A DNA stretch of 51,807 bases from Candidatus Eiseniibacteriota bacterium (GTDB taxonomy: Bacteria > Arandabacterota > Arandabacteria > Arandabacterales > Arandabacteraceae). Below, in pieces: positions 26,259-36,339 of this stretch. Position 1 is the first letter of the stretch. Every line of letters begins with the position of its first letter. The notes below the pieces were generated by a model. The model did no database searches and was not told the DNA's origin. It worked only from the letters and a program-made list of their open reading frames with translations. Position numbers and translations under genes: made by a program. The stretch is from positions 1-51,807 of the forward strand of contig JBDRNT010000162.1 of the NCBI GenBank assembly GCA_043810925.1. Direction: 5' to 3'.

Positions 26259-28742
26259 CTACCGGGTGAGAATGAGCTTGGTGGCGGCCACACGAGAAAG
26301 AGTTTCCACGGTGGCTATGTAAACTCCGCTTGAGACTTCTGATCCGCCAGATGAAACCCCATTCCAGACGAACTCATGGGTCCCAGGATAAAGAGTCCCG
26401 GCAAACACCTCAGCAACCAACCTTCCTCTCACGTCATAAACAGTGATATCCACTCGCTGACGAGCATGGACCTCGACCTGGAATGCGGTCTGGCTACTGA
26501 ATGGGTTCGGGCAGGTCGAGTTGACATGGATGAAGCTGTGATCAAGCGTGCTGCTTGTCCCTTTCTCACCAACACGCAAACTGAAATGGCCGAGTCTTGA
26601 GACAGTGGCAACGACCGTCTCCTTACTCGGATCGATGAATGACTCGAGCGGTCCGATCTCGTCATGTTCTATGTAAATCTGATCGGGGGTGCAGCCCTCG
26701 CCCAGATCACTCGCATGATAGCGCCACTCGAGGTGAGCGCTCTGGCCACTCAGCAAGCCAGTCGGACCTATATAGTATGAACTGGGTTTAATTCCCTCAG
26801 GGGCCAGGAACAGCAGCGTATCTGCACCGTTGGAAGGATCGATTTCGAGGTCTCTCTCATCGCTGTCTATGCACGGCACCACGATTACCACCGTGCTTCC
26901 GGCTGGCGCACCCCGCCTGACCTCGACTGTCAGGTTGTCGTCCGGGCTCGATATGGTTCCACCTTGTGCTGGGGCCAGCAGAGCGTAAGAGAACGCAGCG
27001 GCCACAGTATCAGGATTGGCAGACCAATCGATGCTATGGGCGATCAACGAAACAGTGCCCGTCGAATCTGGAAGTGTGTAATCAGCCAAGTAGATCCTCT
27101 CCTCAGTATCGACAGCCCTTGCAGTCAGCCGTTCCCGATCTGCCCTGACGTCTACAAAACCCGGAGGTAGAGGCTCCGAGCCTATGACGTAGACGTCAAT
27201 CTGTTGCGAGAGCTGCGGGTCCTGAAACAGAGCGAGTGTTAACACCGGAGGTGTAGAATCAGGTAGAGAGGTCTTCGCCCTAGCAGGTTCTGAGTAGTTG
27301 CCGAATACATCATATGCAAATGCGCAGTAATAGTAGTTCGTGTACTCTTCCAGCTCGGGGTGGGTAAAGCTACTGTCAGAACCGGGAGGGCCATCGAAAC
27401 AGCCGTCACTTGAATTAGGAACAGGCGATCCCCAATCCGGCTTCAGGGGATACGTTTTTGTCGCATACCGAATGTGCACACCGGTCGCATCCCAAACGGA
27501 GGGGACCGTCCACCGAAGTTCAACTGCTCCCTCGTGAGGAGTCGCTGTGAAATCCTCTGGAGGGGAAGGGGGTACCTCATCACTTGTCCTCATTACATAG
27601 AGGTTGGTACCGTTTCGTCCTAGGGAATTCGTCCAGCCCAGGATCAGAAGGCTGCCCTCTGAACTCTGTATGACGTCCGTCGCAACGTCCTCATCCTCCC
27701 ACGCGTAAATCTCCGACGACTTAAAGAACAAACGATAGTCGAGTTTCACGGCATACATGTTGTTATACCGTGTGCCTTTTATTGCCCCCACTGCCACAAA
27801 ACCGCCATCCTGTGTCGCCCACACCGAGTTTAACCAGTTATCCTGAGGACGATCGGTCATCCAGATCGCGTCAAGTCTTCCATTTCTATGAGACATGGCC
27901 ATGAAACTCAGCCTCGACGAGCTCGCCGCTACTTGCCTGTATCCCGCGAAGACGTAACCACCCTTCTGGGTCTGGCGAACACATTCGAAAACGTCGTTAC
28001 CGTCCGGTTGACCATAGGATTCTGTCCATTCGACATCTCCGTTCTGGGTCGTCTTCAGGGTGTAGAAGTCTTTGCCAGTGCCCGCAACTAACTCAGTCGA
28101 ACCAGCTACGATGAAGCCATCCACATCGCCTGCATACCAAACTTGCTGCACGGAACGAGCCTCGTCATCCCCTGCGCCTCCGTAGGTCCTCGTCCACACG
28201 GTATCTCCAGTATCATCTGTCTTGATCAAGTAGACGTCGGTGCTACCGGCACCAAAGGACTGTGTTCCTCCCGCTATGATGAAACCGCCATCACTGGCCA
28301 AGTCGACACTTCGCGCCCAGTCGTCACCCGGGCCGCCGTATGTTCTCTCCCAGCTTAGATTGCCGTCTCCATCAGTTCTTACGAGATACACGTCTGTATC
28401 ACCTGGACTGAATGAGCGAGTCATACCGGCGATTATGAAACCACCGTCTGCAGTCGTCGCCAGCGAATGCCCGGCATCGTAGTCAGGTCCCCCGTAGGAA
28501 CGAGTCCAAACAGTCTTGCCTGCCGAGCTGAGCTTCGTCAAATACACATCTGAGTAGTGCTCCCTGCGCCAGAGGATGGCGAAACCCCCGTCTGCGGTCT
28601 GCAGGATCGCCTCACTTCTGTCATCATAAAACTGGTCAATCACCCTGCTCCATTGGGTGTCCCATTGATCCGCGGAGAGGGCCGAAGCCCATAAGGTGGA
28701 GAATATGACGACAAGGACAGATTTGCGCAGCAATACCCACAT
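26259..28742 (-). CDS. Secreted protein with W-x-R-T-Y-G-G repeats, FN3-like domain and C-terminal FlgD-Ig/T9SS-like domain
   Basis: Signal peptide from ATG 28742; repeated WTRSYGG/WERTYGG/DGGFIIAG; C-terminal PNPF...VYDVRGRLV...WNG...SGVY. Confidence 0.82.
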   Translation of the reverse strand: MWVLLRKSVLVVIFSTLWASALSADQWDTQWSRVIDQFYDDRSEAILQTADGGFAILWRREHYSDVYLTKLSSAGKTVWTRSYGGPDYDAGHSLATTADGGFIIAGMTRSFSPGDTDVYLVRTDGDGNLSWERTYGGPGDDWARSVDLASDGGFIIAGGTQSFGAGSTDVYLIKTDDTGDTVWTRTYGGAGDDEARSVQQVWYAGDVDGFIVAGSTELVAGTGKDFYTLKTTQNGDVEWTESYGQPDGNDVFECVRQTQKGGYVFAGYRQVAASSSRLSFMAMSHRNGRLDAIWMTDRPQDNWLNSVWATQDGGFVAVGAIKGTRYNNMYAVKLDYRLFFKSSEIYAWEDEDVATDVIQSSEGSLLILGWTNSLGRNGTNLYVMRTSDEVPPSPPEDFTATPHEGAVELRWTVPSVWDATGVHIRYATKTYPLKPDWGSPVPNSSDGCFDGPPGSDSSFTHPELEEYTNYYYCAFAYDVFGNYSEPARAKTSLPDSTPPVLTLALFQDPQLSQQIDVYVIGSEPLPPGFVDVRADRERLTARAVDTEERIYLADYTLPDSTGTVSLIAHSIDWSANPDTVAAAFSYALLAPAQGGTISSPDDNLTVEVRRGAPAGSTVVIVVPCIDSDERDLEIDPSNGADTLLFLAPEGIKPSSYYIGPTGLLSGQSAHLEWRYHASDLGEGCTPDQIYIEHDEIGPLESFIDPSKETVVATVSRLGHFSLRVGEKGTSSTLDHSFIHVNSTCPNPFSSQTAFQVEVHARQRVDITVYDVRGRLVAEVFAGTLYPGTHEFVWNGVSSGGSEVSSGVYIATVETLSRVAATKLILTR

Positions 28743-29178
28743 AGCTCTTGTGTCCTCGCTCGGGTGCAGCCCCGATACAACCCAAGAGATATTATACCCC
28801 TGCAGACGGTGTGCAGTCCACACAAATCACCTTAGGTTTCGGGAACTGGACCGGACAGGATGAGCTCGTGGCTGACTGAGAAATGCGTGCCGCCTTTACT
28901 CCCATGCAAGGTCGCGGGCACAGGGAGATCAGAGTCGTGTGGAAAGCTCCCTACTCTGGGTGATCAGAGTGAAAGTAGGCTCAGGAGATCATTCTCCTGG
29001 CCGTCTGGATCCAGTTGATAGCCTTGCATACCGTTTTGTCGCTCGCCTTGAGGTCTCTGGCGATTGCGGAGTTATTGAGAGCTAACTCACTGAGATGCAG
29101 CGCTTTGCGGGCGATCTGCTGATAAATCGGGGTCTCCTCCGTCTTCATTTATGGTTATTTCCAAGAGCACCCCAGCCA

Positions 29179-29209
29179 CGGTTCGAATTGTCTGCGTCCG
29201 CCTCCACCA
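29179..29209 (+). repeat. Second degenerate copy of the tmRNA 3' end
   Basis: CGGTTCGA...CCGCCTCCACCA; the last 12 nt are identical to the ssrA 3' end. Confidence 0.6.
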
Positions 29210-29346
29210 ACGCAAACAATTCGAACCAGGACCTATCGATCATCCGTTGTGCATCTAGGACTTCGTATCGGCTGGTTACCGGGATCGTTCATGCGAATGA
29301 ACGTTTGTTCGTAGCGATGAATCTTGCGCGGCGAGTGGCTGGTCGC

Positions 29347-30555
29347 CTATAGAAGCTGAGAGAGGAAAGTCCGGGCTGGAACCACAACCGGGCCTCGCGG
29401 TTTGGCGAAGCAATCCGCGTCCACGTACTCGGAATCGATAACCACTTGGAATGCGAACGGGGCACTGAGTTGGTCTTGGTAGTACTTGAGGTTTCTACTG
29501 AGCGATTCGTCATGATGTTTGACTTCGACAAGGAACCAGGGCTTGCCGTCACGAACCACGATGAAGTCGACCTCGTGCTTCTCCTTGTCGCGTAAGTAGC
29601 CGACCTCGAACTTGCCCAGCCCCATGTCATTCCAACCCTCCACGGCCTTCAGAAGGTGACACCCCACAAACGTCTCGGCCTTGTCCCCCTTATCCTTGAT
29701 GGAAGCCCAGTCCCTCAGGAACCATTTGGGTTCCTTTCGCAACGATCTGGAAACGTTCTTGAACCACGGCCTGATCAAAAAACCGAGATGCAGGTTGCGT
29801 AGGATGTCGACCCATCGACTTACAGTATCGACGGACACGCGTACGTCCTTCGCTAGGCTGCCATAGACGAGCTGGTGAGCTGACCGATCGGCTAAGATTC
29901 TGACCAGCGTCTCCAGTTGATCGATCTGCTGGATCTGAGTCAGGTCGCGAATATCTTCCCGGACCAGTTGTTCGAGCCTGAGCGACTGCCATCGCCGACT
30001 GAAGCGTTTGTCACGCTTGAGAAACGGTTCCGGATATCCCCCATGGTGCCAGAGAGCGTCGAAATCGGACGTCTTGACTTTCTGGGGCGGTCGGACTATT
30101 CGTTTCTGATCGGGTAGGTCTTTGTTGAGCAACTCGGCAACCGAGAAGGGATGCATCCGGTAGTGGAAGTAACGGCCCATCAGGCTATCCCCACCGCGAC
30201 GATATACATCCAGGCGACTACTACCCGTTACGATGATTCTAACCTGATCGGCATGAGTGTCGAATAAGCCCTTCAGAAATTGCTTCCAGCGCGGATACTT
30301 GTGAAGCTCATCGAAGAGAGCAACCGGGGCAGTCTCCGGCAGCCGGTCCAGTTCGAACCGCTCCACCAGGCGCCGCGGACCCGCTAGAATCAGCTCACGG
30401 TCGTCGAGGTTATCCCAGTTGGCATAGACGTCGGCGTGATTCCGACATGTGGTCGTTTTGCCCACCTGCCTTGGACCGCTGACCAGGGCCATCTGCCGAT
30501 GCTTCGCCAGATGCTCGGCCAACAGGGTATCATATATGCGCTTCTTGGCCCTCAT
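29347..30555 (-). CDS. AAA_14 ATPase with DUF4143 domain
   Basis: GPRQVGKTT, FDELHK, TGSS, DSLMGR, GGYPEP, EVDF...LVEVK. Confidence 0.9.
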   Translation of the reverse strand: MRAKKRIYDTLLAEHLAKHRQMALVSGPRQVGKTTTCRNHADVYANWDNLDDRELILAGPRRLVERFELDRLPETAPVALFDELHKYPRWKQFLKGLFDTHADQVRIIVTGSSRLDVYRRGGDSLMGRYFHYRMHPFSVAELLNKDLPDQKRIVRPPQKVKTSDFDALWHHGGYPEPFLKRDKRFSRRWQSLRLEQLVREDIRDLTQIQQIDQLETLVRILADRSAHQLVYGSLAKDVRVSVDTVSRWVDILRNLHLGFLIRPWFKNVSRSLRKEPKWFLRDWASIKDKGDKAETFVGCHLLKAVEGWNDMGLGKFEVGYLRDKEKHEVDFIVVRDGKPWFLVEVKHHDESLSRNLKYYQDQLSAPFAFQVVIDSEYVDADCFAKPRGPVVVPARTFLSQLL

Positions 30556-30563
30556 ACTTGACC

Positions 30564-30598
30564 ATTATCGACAATATCGGAGAATAGTCAAGACTATT
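30564..30598 (-). promoter_or_regulatory. Promoter with overlapping palindromic operator; nearly leaderless
   Basis: TTGACT-16 nt-GATAAT, 8 nt before the ATG; palindrome AATAGTC-AA-GACTATT over the -35. Confidence 0.5.
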
Positions 30599-30663
30599 TT
30601 ACGACCTTGCTCATTTTGGTCAGGCTGAGGGACTGGAACGTCGTTGTTCATCCGTAGCCGGGG

Positions 30664-30692
30664 TTGACAATTTCTCATACGGTCCTTACAGT
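30664..30692 (+). promoter_or_regulatory. sigma70 promoter of the hydrolase gene
   Basis: TTGACA-17 nt-TACAGT. Confidence 0.55.
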
Positions 30693-30843
30693 GGGTACGC
30701 TAGGTCTGCGGCCCAAGACTAAGGCTCTGCGATTGGGTCTGGAGCAGTGTGCAGCCGATCCCCTGTTTATCAGCAAATGGTACAAGCACCTCAAGGTGAG
30801 AAACGACTGTGCTTCAGGACGCGCAATACAAGAGAGGAAAGGC

Positions 30844-33240
30844 ATGAACAGACATACTCATGGTCTCAGCAGTGAATTGTGTGCGGTGTTGGCGTTACTT
30901 ACAGTCATCTGTGTTGGACTCATGCCTCCCGAAGCTACTGCCAGGGTAGTGAAGGTGGAGGTCGTTAGCCGGGAAGTCGCAGGCGATTGGCCGGAGCAGA
31001 GCCCGACCGGTTCCTATGAGGTGATCAAGGGAATGATCTACCTTGAAGTCGACCCGGATGATCCTGCCAACCAGCTAATCGTAGATCTGAAGATTGCCGA
31101 CCGGAATGAGCGAGGCAAGGTGGAATTCTCGACGGAGTTCGAGCTCCACAAGCCTGTCGATGCGGGTCGCGGGAATCACCGGCTGATCTACTTCGTCAAT
31201 AACCGCGGCAGCAAGCTGGGTGATCGCATGTTCAACCGCTATGCGGGAACGAACTGGTTGTACGACAAGGGTTGGTCCTATTTGTGGTGTGGCTGGAATT
31301 GCGACGCGATTCAGGACGACCGAAGGGTGAATATCAATGTACCGGTGGTCAGGGCGAACGGCGAGACGATCACAGGCAGGATCTACGCGGAGATCTGCTC
31401 CCCTGACCTTGAGCCTGTCTACGGCCTGCCGTTCTACTGGGGTGGCTCTATCGCCTATCCGTCGGTCGATACAGACCCGTCACGCGCCACCTTGACGATG
31501 CGGCCCTATCGTTGGGCCGAGCCGGTGGAAGTGCCGAGTGAGCAATGGTCCTTTGCACGGCTGGAGGACGGGGAGGTAGTCCCGGATCCGCGTCACCTGT
31601 ACCTGCCGGAGGGCTTCAAACCGGGTTGGCTTTACGACCTGGTCTACATAGGCAAGGACCCGAAATTGACCGGCCTCGGCTTTGCCGCGATACGTGACGT
31701 CGTATCGTTCTTAAGATACGAAGCCACCGATGACCACGGTTTCGCCAATCCCCTGAGCGGTATTGTAGATTATGCCTATGCGTTCGGGCACTCACAGTCC
31801 GGTCGGGTGCTTTATCATTATGTTTATCAGGACTTCAACAATGATGAGGCAAGGAGGATCGTGTTCGACGGGATCATGCCCCACTGTAGCGGCGGCGGCA
31901 AAGGGCAGTTCAATTATCGCTTCGCACAGACCACCCGTCACGGCAGCCATCATGAAGACAACCTTTATCCTTCGGATTTCTTCCCGTTCACCACGGTCGA
32001 ACAGTACGATCCGTTAACTGGAGAACGTGGTGACGGGCTTGCCAGGGTGCGCAAGTCGGGTTTTCTTCCCAAGATGATGTTCATTAACACTTCAACCGAT
32101 TACTGGACACGTGCAGCATCCCTGCTTCATACCGACGTTGACGGGAAGAAGGACGCCGCGATTGATCCGAACGTAAGAATGTATTTCTTAGCAGGCTTAT
32201 CTCACGGCCACCCGCGCTGCGGCTATATCGACCGGGCTCTCTTGACTGCTCTGGATCTGTGGGTCAGTCAGGGGGTGGAACCACCGGAGTCGGAGTTACC
32301 GAAGATTTCTGACGGCTCGCTGGTCTCACTCGAAACCTACCTCAGTACTTTTCCTGAGGTCCCATGGGCCGAAACACCGGAATCCTTCTTCAGTCCGTAC
32401 CGGTTGGATCCAGGACCTCGATGGCAGACAGAGGGGACCGCCGACAACGTTCCCCCGGAGGTCGGGCCCCGCTATGTGTGTCTCGTGCCTCAGGTCAACG
32501 AGGATGGAAACGAAATCGCCGGTATTCAGCTCCCGGTTGTGGCGGTCCCGGTGGCGACCCGAGCGGGTTGGTACCTGCGTCCCGACTATTTTCCCGCCCC
32601 CGGCACGCTCACACGCTGGTCCGGTCGAAGCTGGCCTTTCCCACGGAGCGAAGAGGAGCGTGAAGAGCACAAGGATCCCAGACCTTCCATTCTTAAGCGG
32701 TATCCAACCAAAGCGGATTACCTGGCAGAGGTAGCGGAGTGCCTCCTGGAGCTACATCGCCGACGCTTCCTGCTTCCGGAGGATGTAACGATCCTCCTCA
32801 ACGAGGCGGCCGAGCAGGACTTCACCGTGGATGCACTGCCGTATTACGGTCCTCCAAAGATACCCGTCTATGTAGTTCTGATGGAGGAAGAGAAGGTGAA
32901 CGGCCTCGAATCGACCATCAGTATGTACCACGAGTTGAAGAAGAGCCGGCCTGATGACTATGACTTCTCTGAGGATCAACTGAACAGTCTTGGATACACC
33001 TTTCTAAATGGTGGGAAGCTGACTGAGGCACTTGCTGTTTTCAATCTGAATATCGAGATGTTTCCGGATGCGTCAAACCCCTATGACAGCTATGCTGAGG
33101 CCTGCATGGTGAACGGTGACTACGACAAGGCCATCACGTATTACAACAAGTCCCTCGAATTGAATCCGGACAATACGAACGCCACGATGATGTTGGATGA
33201 GATTGATCGCAGGATCAAAGCGGAAGAGACCGGACGCTGA
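30844..33240 (+). CDS. Secreted alpha/beta-hydrolase-domain protein with C-terminal TPR
   Basis: Signal peptide from ATG 30844; VNNRG, GLGFAAIRD, FGHSQSGR nucleophile elbow, DGNEIAGI; TPR tail LNSLGY...N.YDSYAEA...SLELNPDN. Confidence 0.82.
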   Translation: MNRHTHGLSSELCAVLALLTVICVGLMPPEATARVVKVEVVSREVAGDWPEQSPTGSYEVIKGMIYLEVDPDDPANQLIVDLKIADRNERGKVEFSTEFELHKPVDAGRGNHRLIYFVNNRGSKLGDRMFNRYAGTNWLYDKGWSYLWCGWNCDAIQDDRRVNINVPVVRANGETITGRIYAEICSPDLEPVYGLPFYWGGSIAYPSVDTDPSRATLTMRPYRWAEPVEVPSEQWSFARLEDGEVVPDPRHLYLPEGFKPGWLYDLVYIGKDPKLTGLGFAAIRDVVSFLRYEATDDHGFANPLSGIVDYAYAFGHSQSGRVLYHYVYQDFNNDEARRIVFDGIMPHCSGGGKGQFNYRFAQTTRHGSHHEDNLYPSDFFPFTTVEQYDPLTGERGDGLARVRKSGFLPKMMFINTSTDYWTRAASLLHTDVDGKKDAAIDPNVRMYFLAGLSHGHPRCGYIDRALLTALDLWVSQGVEPPESELPKISDGSLVSLETYLSTFPEVPWAETPESFFSPYRLDPGPRWQTEGTADNVPPEVGPRYVCLVPQVNEDGNEIAGIQLPVVAVPVATRAGWYLRPDYFPAPGTLTRWSGRSWPFPRSEEEREEHKDPRPSILKRYPTKADYLAEVAECLLELHRRRFLLPEDVTILLNEAAEQDFTVDALPYYGPPKIPVYVVLMEEEKVNGLESTISMYHELKKSRPDDYDFSEDQLNSLGYTFLNGGKLTEALAVFNLNIEMFPDASNPYDSYAEACMVNGDYDKAITYYNKSLELNPDNTNATMMLDEIDRRIKAEETGR

Positions 33241-33274
33241 GTGAGAGACCGCTCGTACCAATAAGGGCCACCTC

Positions 33275-33298
33275 TACGCATACAGTTACGCATACAGT
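33275..33298 (+). repeat. Perfect 12-nt tandem direct repeat
   Basis: TACGCATACAGT x2. Confidence 0.7.
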
Positions 33299-33412
33299 GG
33301 CCGGTGTATCTCTTGAGGTCCGGAGCCACGCAGCAGCCCTCGCCGGGAACCCCCACGAGCATAAGTTTCGCATGGACACGTAGGGGGCAAGGCAATAGAA
33401 TGCTGTGGAGGA

Positions 33413-34540
33413 ATGATAGCAACGGTCACGGGGGAACGTATGAAGAGGACTTGGATATCAAGGTCGATGAGGAAGGATGATCTACCTAATCTCGAGGAAT
33501 TCAGGCGGACCATTGGAAACGGCGATATCTACTCCCACGCGGAGATGGCCGACTACTACGAATGGAAGTACTTCACCGGCGCGCCCGAACCTGCCATTGC
33601 GCGAGTTGGTGATGACGGCGGCAAGATAGTCGGGAGCTTATGTGCGACGATCAAGCGTATAGCAATAAATGGCAAGATCTTCCCGTGCGGCGAGCTGGGC
33701 GACGGCTTCGTTCATCCTGACTACAGGAAACAGGGGATGTTCACAGTGCTTGGCCGCGAGGTTGTCGCCGAGCTTGCCGAGAAAGGCGTCAATTTCGTGT
33801 ATGGGCGGCCCAATCACAACTCGTATCCGGGTTTGAAGAGGAAGTTCGGTTTCGAGGAGGTGTTTTTCCTTAAGACCATGCGCCGGATCGTGAACATTGA
33901 CAACATCATAAAGAATAAGATCGGCGGGGGTATCCTCTACCACCTTTGCCGGCCGCTGGCATGGGTGCTGAGAAGCACCGTTTATGGAATCCGTGAGCAA
34001 AGCGATCATCCGGACATCACGATCTCCGAGGTATCGGCCTTCGACAAGCGTGTCGATCGCCTTTCTGAGAAGGTCTCAGCGGATTACGCCGTGATGGTCT
34101 CAAGAGATGCGGAGTACCTCAACTGGAGATACGTAGAGAAGCCCGCGGATTACAGGATCTTCACGGCTACCGAGGGGGATATCCTGCGCGGCTACGTGAT
34201 TGTAAGATGCGTGGAGTTCGAGCAGGGACGGCGCAAGTTCGGATACCTGATCGATATGCTTACCGCTAAGGATGATGTTGAGGCGATCACGCTTCTCATG
34301 GGCAGGGCCATGCAGTACTTCGCCGGTGAGAACGTGGATTTCGCCACAACCTGGGTGATAAAGGACCTAAGCGAAGCCACAAGCTCCTACTACGGGGGAC
34401 TCACAAGAGCCGGGTTCAAACCGGCCGGCGAAGATCTCTACTTTCTTGTTCGTACCGATCCGCCTGAGCTTAAGAAGGTGGTCGCCGAAAGCCGCCCCAC
34501 TGACTGGTTCTTCAGGATGGGCGATACGGATGGCATATGA
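33413..34540 (+). CDS. GNAT-family N-acetyltransferase (start may be ATG 33439)
   Basis: YYEWKY, VHPDYRKQGMF, YGRPN..SYPG, RDAEYLNWRY. Confidence 0.85.
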   Translation: MIATVTGERMKRTWISRSMRKDDLPNLEEFRRTIGNGDIYSHAEMADYYEWKYFTGAPEPAIARVGDDGGKIVGSLCATIKRIAINGKIFPCGELGDGFVHPDYRKQGMFTVLGREVVAELAEKGVNFVYGRPNHNSYPGLKRKFGFEEVFFLKTMRRIVNIDNIIKNKIGGGILYHLCRPLAWVLRSTVYGIREQSDHPDITISEVSAFDKRVDRLSEKVSADYAVMVSRDAEYLNWRYVEKPADYRIFTATEGDILRGYVIVRCVEFEQGRRKFGYLIDMLTAKDDVEAITLLMGRAMQYFAGENVDFATTWVIKDLSEATSSYYGGLTRAGFKPAGEDLYFLVRTDPPELKKVVAESRPTDWFFRMGDTDGI

Positions 34541-35334
34541 TTACTGATGACCCGATCTCCAACGAATCCGGCAGGGTGCAGAAAGCAGGTATCCGGGCTC
34601 TATTCGAAGCGAAGGCTGAATGGTACTTCGAGGAGCGGGAGCGTGATTTCGCCTTCGTCACACAGAAGGGAATCGTCCTGAGTCTATTCGATAAGGACGG
34701 CGGCAACGTCCTCGACATAGGCTGCGGTCCCGGGGTGATGGTGGCTGATCTCCTCAACCGTGGTTGCACGGTGCGGGGGATCGATACGTCCGAGAAGATG
34801 ATAGATCTGGCCCGGGCGAAGTTGGAGAAGACCGAGGGTAAGACCCGCGCGCAGTTCTCGGTCGGGGACATAGAGAACCTGCAGTTCCCGGACGCCGACT
34901 TCGATGCCGTGATCTGTATGGGAGTGCTCGAGTACTTGCTGTCGGACAGGCGGGCGATCAAAGAGATGGCCCGGGTGGTGAAACCGGGTGGTACCGTGAT
35001 AATCACTCAGCCGTCTGATGTCAGCGCGTATGAGTTGGTTGGAAAGTGTCTCGGGGCGGTGCTGAGCATAAGACGTAAGATTCTCGGTAAGACGCGGGAG
35101 GAACCCGCTGACTACACGAGGACGTGTTGCGTCCCCCGGCAGCTCGACGGACGACTCCTCGGGGAGGGAATAAAGAAGGTGGACTCCGCACACTGCAATG
35201 TTGTGTTGTGGCCCGGGACCCGGCTTCTTCCTGTCTTTCCTCCCGCTCTTACGAGGACGCTTGAACCTCTGAGCAGGGTCAGATTGCTGGGTTGGCTTGG
35301 GACCCAGTACATTTTCAAAGGGGAGCGACTCTGA
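34537..35334 (+). CDS. Class I SAM-dependent methyltransferase
   Basis: VLDIGCGPG, GDIENLQFPD..FD, EMARVVKPGG. Confidence 0.9.
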   Translation: MITDDPISNESGRVQKAGIRALFEAKAEWYFEERERDFAFVTQKGIVLSLFDKDGGNVLDIGCGPGVMVADLLNRGCTVRGIDTSEKMIDLARAKLEKTEGKTRAQFSVGDIENLQFPDADFDAVICMGVLEYLLSDRRAIKEMARVVKPGGTVIITQPSDVSAYELVGKCLGAVLSIRRKILGKTREEPADYTRTCCVPRQLDGRLLGEGIKKVDSAHCNVVLWPGTRLLPVFPPALTRTLEPLSRVRLLGWLGTQYIFKGERL

Positions 35335-36326
35335 ATAAGCCCGCCATCCTGATAACGATCGACACCGAAGGCGATAATCTCTGGACGAAGCCGAGCGAGA
35401 TCACGACCAGAAACGCCGAATACCTGCCACGGTTCCAAGAACTCTGTGAGAAACACCGTTTCAAGCCGACCTACCTTTGTGACTGGGACATGGTGCACTC
35501 GCCGGTTTTCAGAGAATTCGGGCTTGAGGTCCTCAGAAGAGGAACCGGAGAAATCGGCGCGCATCTTCATGGATGCAACACGCCGCCTGTAGAATATCTC
35601 ACCGAGAGCGACCTCACGTACAGGCCCTATGTAACCGAGTATCCTCCCCACCTCGTTCGTGAGAAGGTCAAGGTGCTTACCTCTGAGCTCGAAAACGCCT
35701 TCGGGATAAAGATGTGCAGCCATCGGGGTGGGCGTTGGGGTATGGATGAGACGTATGCACGGATTGTCGCCGAGCATGGCTACCGGGTTGAAAGCACGGT
35801 CACTCCGCATCTGTCATGGCGGAAACACCCAGGCGGCCCCACCGGCAAGGGGGGACCGGACTACAGCCGTTTTCCGGAGCATGCGTACTTCCTGGACCTG
35901 GACGCGCTCCAGCGACCTGGCGACTCCGCACTGCTTGAGATCCCGATGACGATAGTGGAACAGAGGTGGCCTTTGCCTGTAGAGGCACTCAGGCGCGTGA
36001 TCGGATGGCATGCAACCGGCGACCGGGCGATGAGAAAGTACTTCCCGGTGCATCATTGGTTCCGGCCCGACGGACATAACAGGGAGGAAATGCTCAAGGT
36101 CCTCAAGATCGTACTTGCCGAAAGGCGGGATTACGTCCAGTTCATGCTGCACTCATCAGAGTTTATGCCGGGCGGAAGCCCGAGGTTTCCGACGGCGGAG
36201 CGCATCGAAGCTCTCTATGAGGATATGGAAGTGGTATTCGCTGAGGCATCCCGGGATTTCGAAGGGCTTACGCTTAAGGAATATCACGACCGCTTCTCGG
36301 CCGCGAAAATCGGTCCTTCCGGGTAA
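35331..36326 (+). CDS. Polysaccharide deacetylase family protein (WalW-like); probable CTG start
   Basis: ITIDTEGD, EIGAHLH, SHRGGRWG, MLHSSE.MPGGSP. Confidence 0.82.
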   Translation: MNKPAILITIDTEGDNLWTKPSEITTRNAEYLPRFQELCEKHRFKPTYLCDWDMVHSPVFREFGLEVLRRGTGEIGAHLHGCNTPPVEYLTESDLTYRPYVTEYPPHLVREKVKVLTSELENAFGIKMCSHRGGRWGMDETYARIVAEHGYRVESTVTPHLSWRKHPGGPTGKGGPDYSRFPEHAYFLDLDALQRPGDSALLEIPMTIVEQRWPLPVEALRRVIGWHATGDRAMRKYFPVHHWFRPDGHNREEMLKVLKIVLAERRDYVQFMLHSSEFMPGGSPRFPTAERIEALYEDMEVVFAEASRDFEGLTLKEYHDRFSAAKIGPSG

Positions 36327-36339
36327 GGTCAGCGGGGAG

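Noticed and set aside
28824-29346. Possible integron attC site or small CDS (29095-29352) in the long intergenic region
   Set aside because: No convincing RYYYAAC...GTTRRRY with paired inner boxes, no integrase, and the ORF lacks an RBS and recognisable motifs
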